A DNA stretch of 61,262 nt, filler included, from Candidatus Woesearchaeota archaeon (lineage in GTDB: Archaea; Nanobdellota; Nanobdellia; Woesearchaeales; DATGWN01), in the NCBI GenBank assembly GCA_047603125.1. It is 6 parts of 6 records of this genome, joined end to end, with 100 filler letters (N's around TTAATTAATTAA, not from the genome) between each part and the next. Parts side by side here need not be neighbours in the genome. Positions count along the whole stretch, not along the records: positions 52,307 to 61,262 come from JBLKOU010000045.1; 5 more parts are not named here. One strand, written 5' to 3'. This document shows, piece after piece, positions 57,279 to 61,262 of this stretch (position 1 is the first letter of the stretch; every line of letters begins with the position of its first letter). Under the pieces are notes generated by a model. That model saw nothing but the letters and a program-made list of their open reading frames with translations. It made no database searches and was not told where the DNA came from. A program made the translations under genes and the position numbers.

Positions 57279-57973
57279 AACTCACCAGTCAACTGATTTT
57301 GCAGGCGCTTGTCGCCATAGATCCAAAGGCCAGTAGGCTCACATGCCAAATTACATACTCAGGCAAGTTTAAAGGATGCAATGCAAATGTCAAACTCTTG
57401 CAACACCCACTTTTTCCAAAAATCACTTTTCACCTTTCTAAGCAGTTTTTAGAAGTAAGCGAAACTATTCAAATTGGTCTTGTGCAACATTTATACGCAC
57501 GACTCAAAAAAATTCAAACGACGACATTACAGATGCAAATGTATGAAACCTTTACAAAAAAACTGGGGGAATTTGCACCCCTCGTCCATAACGAACCTGA
57601 ACTTGTCGCGTCTTTTACAAAAATGAATCAACTCTATTTTCAAGGACTGCTTGAGCAGCCAAACCTCAAATTTGGCCAGATAACAAAACGACGGGCTGGA
57701 AGCTATGAGTATGAAACAGACACAATTACCATCTCATCAACACTCAAAGATCGGCCCGATTTAATCGACTTTGTTATGTATCATGAAATGCTTCATAAAA
57801 AGCATAAGTATTATACAAAAAATAATCGAAACTACCATCATCATCGTGCCTTTCGGGAGGAAGAGCGCAAATATCCACAATTTGAGCAATTGGACAAGGA
57901 ACTTGCACGACACATGCATAGGAGAAAAAAATGTACACAATCAAACATTTGGCACAAGATTTTCAGGTTATAG
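57275..57973 (+). CDS. SprT/DUF45-like zinc metalloprotease domain protein
   Basis: FTKMNQLYF, GSY, VMYHEMLH, HHRAF; ATG overlaps the aRF1 stop. Confidence 0.75.
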   Translation: MKLTSQLILQALVAIDPKASRLTCQITYSGKFKGCNANVKLLQHPLFPKITFHLSKQFLEVSETIQIGLVQHLYARLKKIQTTTLQMQMYETFTKKLGEFAPLVHNEPELVASFTKMNQLYFQGLLEQPNLKFGQITKRRAGSYEYETDTITISSTLKDRPDLIDFVMYHEMLHKKHKYYTKNNRNYHHHRAFREEERKYPQFEQLDKELARHMHRRKKCTQSNIWHKIFRL

Positions 57974-58872
57974 AACATATTCGTCCACTTAAAGAAGGTT
58001 CGACGTATCAACTCTGTAAACTCACCAAAACAGATATGCCTACAATTGATGCGATTTTACGCATTGCAAAGCAGCTTAATATTAAAGAGTCAGACATTCA
58101 ATTTGGCGGGATTAAAGATAGAAAAGCAGTGACGACACAATACATTACACTCCCGCACTTTGTCACACCAAAACGATTCTCTCATGAAAAAATACAACTC
58201 GAGCATATCGGCAATACACAAGAGCGCATGCACAGTAAATGCATCATCGAGAATGAATTTATTATACGCATTCGAAATGTACAAAAAGACCAAATCACTA
58301 AGAAAAAAACGATTATAAACACTTTTGGCACACAGCGATTCTCTAAAAATAATGTTGAAGTTGCCATTGCTCTGCTGCAAAGAAACTTTCGCCAAGCAAC
58401 ACACCTTATTTTTTCAAATCAAAACCAAAATCGCTTTGAAAAGAAAGCTCGAGAACGCTTAGAGAAAGAACCAACAAATTATATTCAAGCACTCAAAGAA
58501 TTACCACAAACACAACTCAAACTCTACATCAGCGCATATCAGAGTTTTATCTGGAATCATATTGTACAAACACTTGTCAAAGAAAAAAAACCACTTCCTG
58601 ATTTTCTCCCACTCATCGGGTTTGACATTGAACAAGACTCCATATTTGAAACATATATACAACCTATTTTAGAAAGGGACCGTATTGATACCCGACAATT
58701 TATCTTTCGCGAAATACCCTACTTAACAGCAGAAACAATTTTACGAAAAACACAAGTCCCACTCAATGATTTTGCAATACTTCAAGAACATGATGATGGC
58801 ATTACGGTGACTTTCAAACTCCCACGCGGATCATATGCAACGGAGGCAATTGACCAATTACTAAAAAAATAA
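57931..58872 (+). CDS. truD: tRNA pseudouridine(13) synthase
   Basis: DFQVIE, GGIKDRKAVTTQ, FGTQRF, SAYQS, FKLPRGSYAT. Confidence 0.93.
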   Translation: MYTIKHLAQDFQVIEHIRPLKEGSTYQLCKLTKTDMPTIDAILRIAKQLNIKESDIQFGGIKDRKAVTTQYITLPHFVTPKRFSHEKIQLEHIGNTQERMHSKCIIENEFIIRIRNVQKDQITKKKTIINTFGTQRFSKNNVEVAIALLQRNFRQATHLIFSNQNQNRFEKKARERLEKEPTNYIQALKELPQTQLKLYISAYQSFIWNHIVQTLVKEKKPLPDFLPLIGFDIEQDSIFETYIQPILERDRIDTRQFIFREIPYLTAETILRKTQVPLNDFAILQEHDDGITVTFKLPRGSYATEAIDQLLKK

Positions 58873-58899
58873 AGAAAAGAAAAAAAACAAATCAGACAT

Positions 58900-59160
58900 C
58901 TATAATGCGAGTGTCTTACTTGCTTTAAACTTCAAAGCTTTTTTCGAAGGAATCTTGATTTTTGCTCCAGTTTGTGGGTTTACACCATTTCGTGCTTTTG
59001 TTTTTACAACTCGAAATGTTCCAAAGCCTACCAATGAAACTCCGTCTTTTTTTGCTCCCTTTACTACATTTGCTACTACAGCATTTAATGCAGCTTCGGA
59101 ATCTGTCTTTGTTAAGCCTGTATCTTTTGCGATTGCTTCTACAAGTTCTGCTTTATTCAT
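58900..59160 (-). CDS. hup: Bacterial-type histone-like protein HU
   Basis: MNKAELVEAIA, GFGTF, ARNGVNPQTG, KFKASK. Confidence 0.93.
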   Translation of the reverse strand: MNKAELVEAIAKDTGLTKTDSEAALNAVVANVVKGAKKDGVSLVGFGTFRVVKTKARNGVNPQTGAKIKIPSKKALKFKASKTLAL

Positions 59161-59251
59161 AATATATCACCTCTGTGGTTATACTGTTTTTTTGGTAAAA
59201 CCTGTTTATAAAACTTTGTATTTTTACCAGTATTTATGCGCGAATCAGCCC

Positions 59252-61162
<1,911 letters not shown>

Positions 61163-61199
61163 CTATTGGTATATATAAACCTTTTGGTCTTTTAGATAT

Positions 61200-61262
61200 T
61201 GCTTCATCCAATAAATGTTTTTCAAAGAAGAGCACGCAGATTTGGCTCAAGAGTCCCGCTTT
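61200..61262 (-). mobile_element. MITE (GGCTTCATCC shell), cut by the window end
   Basis: Near-identical to the reverse complement of the right part of 2228-2380. Confidence 0.85.

Overview
The window holds six unrelated ~10 kb contigs of an AT-rich archaeal assembly, joined by artificial N/TTAATTAATTAA/N linkers (10584-10683, 21078-21177, 31557-31656, 41904-42003, 52207-52306). The four complete internal contigs decrease in length, so neighbourhood across linkers means nothing. Gene content points to a DPANN archaeon, most likely Woesearchaeales; this taxonomy is inferred from aRF1, L10e, Hef, Bud32, TrmY, DRG, archaeal pilins and an intron-containing tRNA-Trp, together with bacterial-type GyrB and HU. 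Coding content is mostly housekeeping and transport. It also includes an MNT-HEPN pair, a DoxX/FMN-lipoprotein/ApbE flavinylation trio, an N-terminally truncated Hel308 and a ~10 kb type IV pilus-like operon. The most striking signal is non-coding. About ten intergenic elements share one covarying multi-stem core (P1-CTT-GGCG...hairpin with GATTCATGCA loop...hairpin...AAAT-CGCC-P1'). The core sits inside two different terminal-repeat shells: GGCTTCATCC...GGATGAAGCC with 9-bp target duplications, and TAGT...ACTA with 3-bp flanks. The shells share hairpin modules, which suggests a modular MITE or structured-RNA system. All calls were made by eye from the sequence; no database searches or folding programs were run.
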